A stretch of 64,000 nt of DNA from Chloroflexota bacterium (GCA_023475345.1 JAMCWD010000070.1:360-64359); one strand, 5' to 3'; counted from the stretch's first letter, positions 27,021-36,371 are shown. Made by a program: numbers and translations. Notes: generated by a model from the letters alone, not told the origin.

Positions 27021-27041
27021 TTATAGGTTGAAATATTAAGC

Positions 27042-27118
27042 GGGGTCGTAGCGTAGCGGTTTAACGCGCCTGCCTGTCACGCAGGAGATCGAGAGTTCAA
27101 ATCTCTTCGGCCCCGCCA
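27042..27118 (+). tRNA. tRNA-Asp (anticodon GTC), CCA encoded
   Basis: It has acceptor GGGGTCG/CGGCCCC, anticodon arm CCTGC-CTGTCAC-GCAGG and discriminator G. Confidence 0.9.
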
Positions 27119-27128
27119 TAATTTTGGT

Positions 27129-27203
27129 GCCGGGGTAGCTCAGTGGTAGAGCAGTGGACTGAAAATCCTCGTGTCGTTGGTTCGACTCCGACCCCCGGCA
27201 CCA
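27129..27203 (+). tRNA. tRNA-Phe (anticodon GAA), CCA encoded
   Basis: It has acceptor GCCGGGG/CCCCGGC, anticodon loop CTGAAAA and T arm GTTGG-TTCGACT-CCGAC. Confidence 0.9.
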
Positions 27204-27465
27204 TTTAATTTTTCCAGATTTCCCCGTCATTATGCGGTTTCTGAGATCCCGGCCCGATCGGCCAGATACCCCCCAAAAAACCCTGAAAACCCCAAAAATG
27301 TCCATATAGGTGTCCATCGATTATCGCTTTTTTTATTTGGGCCGGGTTATATGTAAATTTATATTACGCCAAATTTTTTTAAACAGCAGCATGAATTTAT
27401 CGATCTTAAAAATGGCAGGGACCTGCGTCGAAAGATTACGGAAAAAATTCAGATGGATGCTTTGA

Positions 27466-28260
27466 CTAACCTTCGGCTCCGATGGGCCTGCAGATGCGGA
27501 TTTCAGGCTTCCTGAGAACGAAGTCTTCCAACCTGATCTCAGCCAGACACTGGAAAAATTCGTGGCTCCCCAGCTTCTCATATACTTCTTTCCGTAAAGA
27601 AGGGTCGGTCGCCACCCGCGTTGCCGCAAGGGTTCCCATCGAATGAATACCCGAAAGGATACAGATAACCTTATCCCTGTTATAGGGGTTGCGAACCCTG
27701 GTTATCAGGCCGTAATCGGTGAATGTAGGCGGGAGAGAAAACTGCCAGTCCCCCGGGATGCTGTTATAGTAATACCCCGTAACCTTATCGAAAATCTGAT
27801 ATTTCGAATTGCCCGGCTCCGACGGCTTCTGAAAAATAAAGTTACAATCGTTCTCAACCAGCCTGAAAATTTCCTTTACCACCTCATTTTGCTTCGGTCC
27901 CCCGAAGCAGATGGCGTTATGTTTTTCCAGGTCGGGCATTGCCTCGTCGATATTGCCCGCCAGAATAATCCTGGTTTCGGGCAGGTCCAGGTATTCCTGG
28001 AGCAGCGTGAACGGGGCAAGGTTGGTCAGGCGCGTCGCGAAAAAACTGTCTTCCTTGTCGGCCCTGGCAACAGACCCGAAAAATTTTATCTCCTTATCCA
28101 GGGGGATAATCCTGTTTTCGATGTTTTCAAAATGTGCTTCGAGGATATTCCGTATAAATTCCGACTTGCTTTGCCCATAATGTTTAGTAGTTTTTACCAA
28201 TAGTTTGTTTAATTCTTTAGGCATCGTTATGTTGATAATTTCGTAGCTTTTTTTATTCAT
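27466..28260 (-). CDS. ribbon-helix-helix (CopG/Arc-like) domain fused to an uncharacterised ~200-aa domain
   Basis: The N-terminus INITMPKELNKLLVKTTKHYGQSKSEFIRNILEAHF follows the RHH pattern. I could not assign the remainder (ICFGGPKQNE, DYGLITRVRNP, LSGIHSMGTLAATRV) to a family. Confidence 0.5.
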   Translation of the reverse strand: MNKKSYEIINITMPKELNKLLVKTTKHYGQSKSEFIRNILEAHFENIENRIIPLDKEIKFFGSVARADKEDSFFATRLTNLAPFTLLQEYLDLPETRIILAGNIDEAMPDLEKHNAICFGGPKQNEVVKEIFRLVENDCNFIFQKPSEPGNSKYQIFDKVTGYYYNSIPGDWQFSLPPTFTDYGLITRVRNPYNRDKVICILSGIHSMGTLAATRVATDPSLRKEVYEKLGSHEFFQCLAEIRLEDFVLRKPEIRICRPIGAEG

Positions 28261-28378
28261 ACAGACACATCCTTATGCATGTTAATTCGGCAAAACCGAA
28301 AAACCTCCTGCTTTCATTGAAAGAACATTATAATAATACCTTATAATATATTCAATAAAAATTATTATAAAATTACTA

Positions 28379-28407
28379 TTGACATTCAATAAAGCATTGT
28401 GTAAAAT
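28379..28407 (+). promoter_or_regulatory. sigma70 near-consensus promoter TTGACA-N17-TAAAAT
   Basis: The -35 is at 28379-28384 and the -10 at 28402-28407, with an exact 17-nt spacer. It lies 219 nt upstream of the VIT-domain gene start. Confidence 0.55.
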
Positions 28408-28526
28408 ATTAAGTAGAAAACAACAACAAAGGATTAAAGGCGGCGCGATGTTTAAAACAGGATTCATTCGAGGGGGATGGAGCGGGTTGCCTCAGGGAGG
28501 GAGGATAAATCCGCTGAGCCCGTTTT

Positions 28527-28562
28527 CCCGGCCGGTACGAATAAAACCCGCCGGGTTTTTTT
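28527..28562 (+). terminator. intrinsic terminator-like hairpin plus T7 run inside the 5' leader of the VIT-domain gene
   Basis: CCCGGC (28527-28532) pairs with GCCGGG (28550-28555) and is followed by TTTTTTT (28556-28562). An alternative short hairpin is AAAACCC-GCC-GGGTTTT. Confidence 0.45.
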
Positions 28563-28625
28563 ATTATACGGCCGATCTGAGGATGAAAAGCCCGGCAAAA
28601 AAATCATTGAACGGGGGAAGTAAAA

Positions 28626-30362
28626 ATGCGTAAAAAGATTTTCACGGTTTTCCTGGCGATTCTGGCAGCCCTGTTACTGTCAACCTGCATCTGGGCCGAC
28701 ACCTATTATCCTGACACCATCTATTCCTATAACCGCGACAATGGGGAATACATGCCCGTTAAATCCCTTTACAGCAGGACAGTGGTGGAAGGCCCTGTGG
28801 CCCGGACCACCCTCCATTACATCATTGAGAACAAATATACCGACCGGACCGAAGTATGCTTCAATCTCTTCCTTCCGAAAGATACACTGCTTACCGGCTT
28901 CGGCTACTATTACAAGGGAAGGTTTATCAAGGGCACGATGTACGACACCGAGGAAGCATGGAAAATTTACCGGGCGGTAACGAGCAGGGGACGTGATCCC
29001 GGCGTCATGGACCGCCCCTCTGCACAGGAGTATCACGCCCAGATCTTCCCGGTGGAGCCGAAACAGGATCTCAAAGTGGAACTCGAGCTTGTACAGGTCA
29101 TCGATACCGATGAAAAATATCTCAAGTTCGAGCTTCCCGTCGCCATGCCTTCTATAAAAGACAAACAGTTATATGCGCAGATGAGGGTGGAATGGCTCGG
29201 CGCAAAAGCGGAACAACTCAACCACAACTTCGCCGACCGGACATCCGGCCCGGAGACGAAAATCACTTCCTGGCAGGAGGGTGACAGGGCCGTAGTAAAA
29301 ATAGCCGGGCAGCTCACCCCCGACTCAAACTGGATAATCCGGAGATCCAGGCCTTCACAGGGCCTCTTAACCCTCACATATTCAGGCTTCAACGGTTGGA
29401 AGGGATATTACGTAACTCTCATCTCCCCTCCCTACGAGATGACAGACTTTAAAGCAACCCTGTCCAACCACATCGGCACCGGCCTTTCCATGCCGACCCT
29501 TTTCTCTTCTATCCCTGCTTACGGCCGCATTTACATCGCGGGAACTTACATTTACCCTGGCTGGACGGATATCAGGCTCAAAGAGAGAAGCGGCGGCAAA
29601 GCGGTAGAGACCGACGTCCGCCTTTCAGGCAGACATCTGTCATACAACGCCGCAGGCCCGATCTGGGCCGACAAAAGGATCGATATCCTCCAGAACGACT
29701 ACAGCAAAAACAACCGCGACACAGTCATCAAGTTGAGCAAAAAGTTCAATGTTGTCAGCCGGTTCACCGCACTGCTGGCCATCCCGAAGGAGGAACTGGA
29801 ATATTACAAAAACGTGCTCGCAAAGGAGAAGATCCAGACAAATACAAAATCCGTCGGCGGAGGCGGAGGAGACCCCTGGATCAGTGTCAAGGCGCCTGTC
29901 GATGCACTCCGGGTGGTGGCGGTTTTCCCCAACGGGGAAGCCAAGAGCCTGAATTATGACGAGAAAAAGAAATGCTGGAGCGGGAGGTTTGACATCCCGT
30001 TCGGGACAGCCGCCGGGACATATCGCGTAACTGTGATATTGGTTCACAAGGACGGCAAATTGACCAGGTTTATCCTGGAATACGACAACCTTCTGGGAGA
30101 AACCATCAGCGCAAACGCAACTACACTCACCGGGAAGCCGGGAGGCAGTGTCATCCTCAAAGTAACCGGCGACGGCATCGAGCGCGGTGTAGTTGTTACT
30201 CCCTGGGGCGAAAGATACAACCTCGGCAAAAAAGACGGCCACTGGGAGGCGGGCATCTTGATCCCGAAGGATACTCCCGCAGGGAAGAACATGCTGACGG
30301 TGGTTCTAATGGACGGCGCACACAACAGGACGGAAATCGAAGTTGACCTCGACATCAAGTAA
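28626..30362 (+). CDS. secreted VIT-domain protein
   Basis: It has a signal peptide MRKKIFTVFLAILAALLLSTCIWA. The N-terminal ~130 aa follow the vault/inter-alpha-trypsin (VIT) pattern. Confidence 0.5.
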   Translation: MRKKIFTVFLAILAALLLSTCIWADTYYPDTIYSYNRDNGEYMPVKSLYSRTVVEGPVARTTLHYIIENKYTDRTEVCFNLFLPKDTLLTGFGYYYKGRFIKGTMYDTEEAWKIYRAVTSRGRDPGVMDRPSAQEYHAQIFPVEPKQDLKVELELVQVIDTDEKYLKFELPVAMPSIKDKQLYAQMRVEWLGAKAEQLNHNFADRTSGPETKITSWQEGDRAVVKIAGQLTPDSNWIIRRSRPSQGLLTLTYSGFNGWKGYYVTLISPPYEMTDFKATLSNHIGTGLSMPTLFSSIPAYGRIYIAGTYIYPGWTDIRLKERSGGKAVETDVRLSGRHLSYNAAGPIWADKRIDILQNDYSKNNRDTVIKLSKKFNVVSRFTALLAIPKEELEYYKNVLAKEKIQTNTKSVGGGGGDPWISVKAPVDALRVVAVFPNGEAKSLNYDEKKKCWSGRFDIPFGTAAGTYRVTVILVHKDGKLTRFILEYDNLLGETISANATTLTGKPGGSVILKVTGDGIERGVVVTPWGERYNLGKKDGHWEAGILIPKDTPAGKNMLTVVLMDGAHNRTEIEVDLDIK

Positions 30363-30427
30363 TTAAAAAAGAAGGCGGGGGCATCATGTTGTTATGTGAT
30401 GCTCCCGCCAGGGGAAAGGAGGCGGCC

Positions 30428-32167
30428 ATGAAAAGACTGATGGTTATAGGGGCGCTTACACTGCTGGCGGCGCTGGTTTTCGCCACATGGATACCTATTT
30501 ATTCGGAGCCTGAACCTGAGCTTTATACCGAGTCAGGCCATGTAACATCGCTTGCCTTAAGTCCGGACGGCGCGGTATGGGCGGGCACGAAAGGGGGAGT
30601 CATCCGCTTTTCTCCGGGTGAGAAAAAGCCGGAGCAGTGGACTACCGCCAGGGGACTTTCAGGCAACGAAGTCCTTATGCTGGCATGTGAAAACGGCACG
30701 GTATGGGCAGGTAACGCAAACTCGCTTAACGAGATCGGGCCGGATGGAGAAGTCGGCAATATCACCGGGAGTTTTCAGGGACAGGAGATCCGCTGCCTTA
30801 CGGCTTACGGCGGCCGCCTCCGGGTCGGCACAAGCGTTGGGGTTTTTGTAAATAGCGGCAGCGGGTTTTCACCGGAATTGAAGGCGGATGTGCGCCGTTT
30901 TGTGCCGGGAGACGGGTGCTTATGGGTTATAACGGACAGGCGGTTAATCCGCCTGCCGGGCGGGGAGAGCTGGGATTTGCCCGATAAGGAAGGTAATATT
31001 ACAGGTTGGACCGTCCTGGGAGACCGGTTGTATCTGGCAACTTCCCTGGGATTCAGGTCTTTCTATAATGGAAAGTGGGAGGAGATAGCCATTCCGGGAT
31101 CGGGAGGGGCAAGCCATGTCGGCACAATTGCCGGAGACGGCGAAGTCCTCGTTGTAGGGCTTTACGGCGACGGCCTTTATTCTTTTAAAAACGGAAGCTG
31201 GTCGAAGTTCAAGCGGACTCCGGAGAGCTTCCGCTTTGTATCTGCGGCTCTTGCCGGGAATGACGGCGTTATAATCGGCACCAGGGACGATGGGGTCTGG
31301 GAAAAAACACGAAGCGGCTGGAGGAAGCTCCCGATGCCGCCGTCACTGCCGTCCGCCGATATTTACGGCATTGTGGTTTATAAAGGAGCGCTCTGGGTGA
31401 GCACCTTCGACCACGGGCTTCTGTGCCTTAATGGAAACCGTTGTATTCGCATAACAGGCAAGGACGGCCTCAGCACAGATTATCCCCGTGACCTTGTCGA
31501 ATTTAACGGGGCGCTTTACGTCAGGCATACGACAGGGGAAGTCGACATGCTGAAAGACGGGCGATGGCGTCCGGCTTATGATAAAAAGGATCTTCCAAGG
31601 AGGGAAGTTTATGCAATGGCGGCGGACGGGAGAAGGCTTTACTTCGGGCTATGGGGAGGATGGGCATCGACCGACGGGAAGGGGTGGGAGCTTCATTTCA
31701 AAGACCCCGAGATCGAGGGGGAAGTTGTTACCGCAATCGGGGCCAGTAACGGCACGGTCTGGATCGGGACTCAGAAGCGGGGCCTGTTCGCCTGGAAAGA
31801 CGGCGGTTATACCTGTTACCACGAAGCTCACGGCCTGACCGACGATTGGATCACCCGCATTCGCCCGTGCGGAGACCGCCTGCTTATCGGCACGTATAAC
31901 GGCGGCCTGCTGGAATTTACAGGAGGCAGGTTCAGGCGAATAATGGACTCCGAAGACTTCGCCGTGAGGGATATCTGCCTTTTGAAAGACAGAGGAACGA
32001 TCCTTGTGGCAACACCGCTGGGCGTTTACCGGGAAAGCAGGGATGAATGGCGGCTTATCAACCCTTCGCTATACGGAGGACTGGAGACCCAGGCTTTGTT
32101 TCCGGTCCCAGGCGGCGTCTGGGTCGGCAGCCGTACATCGCTCTCTTTTTTGAGGCTGGATATTTAA
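30428..32167 (+). CDS. secreted beta-propeller repeat protein (two-component-regulator-propeller type repeats)
   Basis: About ten repeats of the form VWAGT..GG/LWVST..GL are present. The start is chosen at MKRLMVIGALTLLAALVFA, which follows an RBS GGAGG. Confidence 0.6.
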   Translation: MKRLMVIGALTLLAALVFATWIPIYSEPEPELYTESGHVTSLALSPDGAVWAGTKGGVIRFSPGEKKPEQWTTARGLSGNEVLMLACENGTVWAGNANSLNEIGPDGEVGNITGSFQGQEIRCLTAYGGRLRVGTSVGVFVNSGSGFSPELKADVRRFVPGDGCLWVITDRRLIRLPGGESWDLPDKEGNITGWTVLGDRLYLATSLGFRSFYNGKWEEIAIPGSGGASHVGTIAGDGEVLVVGLYGDGLYSFKNGSWSKFKRTPESFRFVSAALAGNDGVIIGTRDDGVWEKTRSGWRKLPMPPSLPSADIYGIVVYKGALWVSTFDHGLLCLNGNRCIRITGKDGLSTDYPRDLVEFNGALYVRHTTGEVDMLKDGRWRPAYDKKDLPRREVYAMAADGRRLYFGLWGGWASTDGKGWELHFKDPEIEGEVVTAIGASNGTVWIGTQKRGLFAWKDGGYTCYHEAHGLTDDWITRIRPCGDRLLIGTYNGGLLEFTGGRFRRIMDSEDFAVRDICLLKDRGTILVATPLGVYRESRDEWRLINPSLYGGLETQALFPVPGGVWVGSRTSLSFLRLDI

Positions 32168-32227
32168 CTGCCTCTGTATATCGGGAGCCTGAACGCGCCC
32201 CTGAAGAAGAAATCCGGCATTAATGCA

Positions 32228-32256
32228 CAAAAGGCGCCTCCGGCAGGCGCCTTTTG
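32228..32256. terminator. bidirectional intrinsic terminator between convergent genes
   Basis: CAAAAGGCGCCT-CCGGC-AGGCGCCTTTTG forms a 12-bp stem with A/T runs on both sides. Confidence 0.7.
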
Positions 32257-32278
32257 TATTTGATCCCCTCTGCCCGGC

Positions 32279-34426
32279 TTAATTATTAAGCTCTGTCCCT
32301 ATTACATGGAGGAGAGATCTGGGATCATCGCTGTCCTTGATATCGCCGGAAAGCTCCCAGAACATTACGCCGCCCAGTCCCTTCGTCTTCAGATATTGTA
32401 TTTTTCCCGAAAGGGAAACCGGGTCTTCGTAAGTTACGAACATGCCCCCGGTAGCAAAACCGCTCAAATTCCTGCCGTAAACCCAGGGGACTTTAGCGTA
32501 ATCATCCCAATAGCGTGTATAACCCAGCGGGTTTAATAGAAGCTCCTGGATTTTCCAGTAATCGAGCATCCCGGCTTCCCAGTTGCCGGGCTGGTTCGTC
32601 GCCGGGAGCCTGGTGGAAGTCTGGAAAAGCCCCATATTATTTGCAGACACGGCTTCCCATGCCCGACCGTAAAACGGGACTCCCATATTGATCTTTTCCG
32701 CAGGCATACCGGCATCGATGTAATAACTTACAGTCCAGTCGGTGTTCAGGATCTCGCGGTCAACGGGGTTTATAGGATCGTCGGGGTTCTTGTAAAGAGG
32801 GGAGTGATGGTTGGTCCTGCTGTCCCAGCCTCCGTGATAGTCATAATTCATGATGTTCACGAAGTCGATACAACCGGCCAGCCTGTCTATCTCGAGGTTC
32901 AGCAGCTTATCGTAACCGGCAGGGCCTGCGAAACTCAGGAGGTAATGCTTCCCGTCTGCCTGGCCGGAGGTGTCGAGATGTCTTCGAAACTCCTCCATCA
33001 GGAGGGTAAAATTTCTCTTGTCGGCAGACCCCGGGTACTCCCAGTCGATGTCGATGCCGTCAAAATCATAACGTCTCATCATCTCCATACAAGACGAGAC
33101 GAAGGCCGTCCTGTCTCCTGCGGTCCCGGCGATATCGGGGAAGTTGTAGCTTAAAGTCCAGCCCCCGATGGACATCATGGTCTTTACACCGGGATAGATA
33201 GCCTTGAGTTGTTTCAGGCGTCCCAGGTTGCCCGCCTCGCCCCGTGCGGATTCGTCCCATGTCTGGTCGGGGAAGCCTTTATCCTGTGCGCCCGTGAAGA
33301 CTTTTTCGATATCGGCCCACGAATCTATCATCCTGCAGGATTTTGTCGAGCTGTCTATTGCGAAAAAGGCGTAGTTGATGTGAGTTACCTTATCGGCCGG
33401 TATGTCCGTAACAAGGTAATTGCGGGCATATATGCCCCATTGGACGAAATACCCCACGACACGCCTGCCTGATTCGGGCGGAGGAGGATCAGGCGTGGGA
33501 GAAGGTGATGGTGAAGGTGTCGGCGACGGCGTGGGTGTCGGCGTGGGAGTCGGCTGTGGATTGGGATCCCCACCGTTTATTGCGAGGTTATAGTTCACCG
33601 GCCCTGCGGATACATTGCCGGGCGCTCCCGTAAACCCCAGCGAAACCTGGCCGCCGGGAGGGATGACACCGTTGTATGATTCGGGAAGGAGCCTGTAGTG
33701 GTCGCCGTCGTGAGAGCCGACGACGGCGTTCCAGATGCCTGTAATGTTGCGGTCGAAGTCGAACTCGAGTGCCCATTGTGAAATTGGAGTGCTTCCATCG
33801 TTGGTTATGACGATGCTCCCTACGAACCCGCTCCCCCAGTCGCTTGTCGTGGCATATTGAATACCGGCCGAGCCTGAGCCAGAGCCGCCCCCGGGATCTT
33901 CCGGGGGGGCAGGCAGCTCCGCCGTGAGTTTATAGCCGTCCGGGAAGACAGTAACGGCGCCGGGCGAGCCGTTGAAGCCGAAAGATACGCTTCCGCCCGG
34001 TTCGATCCAGGAGTTCCATGACTCCCCTTTGATTACATAATGGTTCCCCTCGTGGCTTACGATGGAGCCGTTCCAGATTGTTGTAATGTTGCGGTCGAAA
34101 TCGAATTCAAGCTGCCAGTTGTTGAGCCTGCTCGAACCAAGGTTGGTAACGGTTATATCGGCGCCGAAGCCGCTTTTCCAGTCGGAGGAAAGCTTGAATT
34201 CGGCCCGGAAGCCAGATGGGTCGATCTCGCTTCGGCTGGCGGATTCGCCTGTTAAAAGCACCCTGTAATTTTCCGGGAGGCTGCTCGATGCCGTTGTTGG
34301 CCCGGCGGCGGATGTGCCGCCTCCTTCTCCGAGACAGCCGGTAAGGGGGCAGATAATAAACAGCAATAATAAAAATAATGAGATAGAACCGATAAATTCA
34401 GCCGGTTGGTTCCCGCGAAAATTCAT
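32279..34426 (-). CDS. GH18 chitinase lipoprotein with two CBM2-like binding modules and a Pro/Thr linker
   Basis: Features are a lipobox LTGC, two repeats of the W..GF...V.VTN.G......W.LEFDFDRNIT module, a PTPTPTPSPTPSPSPSPTP linker, and the catalytic FDGIDIDWEYP motif. Confidence 0.85.
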   Translation of the reverse strand: MNFRGNQPAEFIGSISLFLLLLFIICPLTGCLGEGGGTSAAGPTTASSSLPENYRVLLTGESASRSEIDPSGFRAEFKLSSDWKSGFGADITVTNLGSSRLNNWQLEFDFDRNITTIWNGSIVSHEGNHYVIKGESWNSWIEPGGSVSFGFNGSPGAVTVFPDGYKLTAELPAPPEDPGGGSGSGSAGIQYATTSDWGSGFVGSIVITNDGSTPISQWALEFDFDRNITGIWNAVVGSHDGDHYRLLPESYNGVIPPGGQVSLGFTGAPGNVSAGPVNYNLAINGGDPNPQPTPTPTPTPSPTPSPSPSPTPDPPPPESGRRVVGYFVQWGIYARNYLVTDIPADKVTHINYAFFAIDSSTKSCRMIDSWADIEKVFTGAQDKGFPDQTWDESARGEAGNLGRLKQLKAIYPGVKTMMSIGGWTLSYNFPDIAGTAGDRTAFVSSCMEMMRRYDFDGIDIDWEYPGSADKRNFTLLMEEFRRHLDTSGQADGKHYLLSFAGPAGYDKLLNLEIDRLAGCIDFVNIMNYDYHGGWDSRTNHHSPLYKNPDDPINPVDREILNTDWTVSYYIDAGMPAEKINMGVPFYGRAWEAVSANNMGLFQTSTRLPATNQPGNWEAGMLDYWKIQELLLNPLGYTRYWDDYAKVPWVYGRNLSGFATGGMFVTYEDPVSLSGKIQYLKTKGLGGVMFWELSGDIKDSDDPRSLLHVIGTELNN

Positions 34427-34827
34427 TGCCCACCTCCTTAAAATAATTGGATAAACCCTATAATTAATTATCGGCTAATAAAGGAATGAACGATAACAGG
34501 CAAATGACGTAATCAAGCGCTATTCTGGGGCTTATTTTTTCAATGAAAAAAATTCATGCCGTCCTGTATGAATAAGACTTTTGATAGCGGATATGGACCT
34601 TAATGACATACCAGACTCAGCCTGTATAGGGTATAAGAATAGTCCTTTTGGCTGTTGTCTTGTAAAATATATTGTTCGAGCCTGCCGGGAACCTCTGGAT
34701 CTTTTCCTGAAGATATTGTTCGAGCGAACATGGCGGGCCGTGAACTGTCCGAAATTTTCCATGCGCCCGCTTCGGGAGCGGGACCGAAGAATAGCTCTGA
34801 AGATCAGGATCTTAATCAGGGTCTTAT

Positions 34828-34855
34828 GTAAGGGGCGGGGTTTCTCCGCCCGCCG
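34828..34855. repeat. GC-rich palindromic intergenic element, copy 2 (inverted relative to 19471-19498)
   Basis: The sequence is GTAAGGGGCGGGGTTTCTCCGCCCGCCG. Its reverse complement matches the copy at 19471 except for one substitution and one extra base. Confidence 0.6.
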
Positions 34856-34969
34856 TTGATACAACGCATGGGCAGGCCACCGTGACTTTTCGATGATAAA
34901 CTTGCTTCGATATTATTTTCATCCAGGAGATTTACATAAAATTTTGGAAGTATTTATGCAAATTTTATA

Positions 34970-35998
34970 TCATTCCGCTTCTTCCAGCATTTGCGGTACA
35001 TATACCTGCTTAAGAGGCAGTAGACCTTTATAGCGAGAATTGAATTGCTCATAGTGCTGTAAGATTGATTCCACCAATTCATCGCCGTCAATCAGCCTGA
35101 GGTTGCTTTTTCCGTTAGCGAACCTGCGGGCCTGGGATGTGAATGTCCCCAGGGTTACCAGAAGACCGAATTCATTTGAAGATACTTTGCCGTAAAGCGC
35201 TGATACGGTAGGATCGCCTATACTGCCTTCGCTGCTTTTGACCTGAACCTTGATGATTGGTGGCTCGAAGCCAAGTTCATCCTTGTGGGCAAGAATGTCG
35301 ATACCACCGTCCGGTCCCTCGGGGGAAACACGGCACCGGTATCCCATAGATTCCAGGAGATGAGCGACAAAGTCAGCAAACGGGTGTCCCTTCAACTCCT
35401 GGGAGAGCTGCTTGATGATGAAGTCGCGGGTCGTAGCCTGGATATCTTCTGCAACGAGAGCTACCGTATCATCTTCAGAAACAGGAGGAGTCGTGATCTT
35501 GCCTTCGAGAGTCGCGAGGAATTCTTCGGCATAGGTCTTTATCTGGAAAAAACTCATTGCTGAACCAATCTCGTAAAGCGCTCCTTGGGAAAATTGAGTG
35601 CGTGGGAATTTGCGAAGCCATTTTACCGAACGGCGATGAGGATAACCTTCTTCATTTTTAGCATCATACTTATACGGGCCTTCAACGCGGCCTATATGAA
35701 TTTGCCGATCTTTTTTAGAAGGATATATAACGATATCCCCTGGCTTCATTTCATAGACAAAACGGAACATCTGTCCAGCATTATTGGGAATAGCTCCCGG
35801 CTTTTTTTCAGGATAAACTTCTCCAACTTTTGCCTTGAATGCATCCCTATCCGGCTTGAGCTTCTCCAGGTCGCCCATTTTATCCCAGCCTATTGCAATA
35901 CAATCCTTTTTAAGGAAGAGAGTGTCGGCATCCCCGGTCTTCCCGCCATGAATGCCCCATACCGTTGTTTCTTGATTTTTCATATCATAATTCTCCAA
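34970..35998 (-). CDS. Mrr-type (type IV-like) restriction endonuclease with an uncharacterised N-terminal domain
   Basis: The C-terminal Mrr_cat pattern is GPDGGIDILAH...IIKVQVKSS...LLVTLGTFTSQARRFA (D-x-D...QVK). The N-terminal ~160 aa domain is unassigned. Confidence 0.7.
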   Translation of the reverse strand: MENYDMKNQETTVWGIHGGKTGDADTLFLKKDCIAIGWDKMGDLEKLKPDRDAFKAKVGEVYPEKKPGAIPNNAGQMFRFVYEMKPGDIVIYPSKKDRQIHIGRVEGPYKYDAKNEEGYPHRRSVKWLRKFPRTQFSQGALYEIGSAMSFFQIKTYAEEFLATLEGKITTPPVSEDDTVALVAEDIQATTRDFIIKQLSQELKGHPFADFVAHLLESMGYRCRVSPEGPDGGIDILAHKDELGFEPPIIKVQVKSSEGSIGDPTVSALYGKVSSNEFGLLVTLGTFTSQARRFANGKSNLRLIDGDELVESILQHYEQFNSRYKGLLPLKQVYVPQMLEEAE

Positions 35999-36240
35999 TT
36001 ACTGATTTTTGGTAGTTCATATGTTTGACGATTATATACACGATTTTCTGCTTCTATTAGCTATTCCTAATCCTCCATATCAAGAGTTTCGAAAGCCTCT
36101 TAAGTTACTTTATTTCATCAGGTTTGTCATTATACCCTGCTTTTATTCATCTTAAATTTAGAGGCAGGGGAGATCAACCTGCTTGTCAACTTCTCCGAAA
36201 ATAAGTCTCAGTCCAATAGGTTATAGACTCATACTCCTGC

Positions 36241-36269
36241 TTGCAAAACAAAAATGATTATGTTATTAT
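36241..36269 (+). promoter_or_regulatory. sigma70-like promoter TTGCAA-N17-TATTAT upstream of tRNA-Leu
   Basis: The hexamers are at 36241-36246 and 36264-36269. The tRNA begins at 36285. Confidence 0.45.
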
Positions 36270-36284
36270 CATTTTGCAAATTTT

Positions 36285-36371
36285 GCGGAAGTGGCGGAAT
36301 TGGCAGACGCGCTAGATTCAGGATCTAGTGGGCTAAGCCCATTGGGGGTTCGAGTCCCCCCTTCCGCACCA
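36285..36371 (+). tRNA. tRNA-Leu (anticodon CAG), long variable arm, CCA encoded
   Basis: It has acceptor GCGGAAG/CTTCCGC, anticodon arm CTAGA-TTCAGGA-TCTAG and variable arm GGGCTAAGCCC. Confidence 0.9.

Noticed and set aside
27036-27317. A 93-aa minus-strand ORF is listed here. Other short ORFs at 36291-36518, 37811-38043 and 7242-7427 are in the same class.
   Set aside because: They run straight through tRNA genes (Asp/Phe, Leu, Val, Gln), so they are artefacts of ORF calling.
33470-33560. Repetitive DNA lies in the chitinase gene. Related cases are the acidic GAA/GAT-rich run in jag (63430-63520) and the His-codon run in copB (9890-9930).
   Set aside because: These are coding low-complexity linkers (a Pro/Thr linker, an Asp/Glu linker and a His-rich metal-binding stretch), not independent repeat elements.
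34669-34725. The 13-bp direct repeat ATATTGTTCGAGC occurs twice, 44 bp apart (34669-34681 and 34713-34725), in the chitinase-Mrr intergenic gap.
   Set aside because: There are only two short copies and no associated promoter or gene that I can tie them to. It may be a binding-site pair, but the evidence is too thin for a feature.
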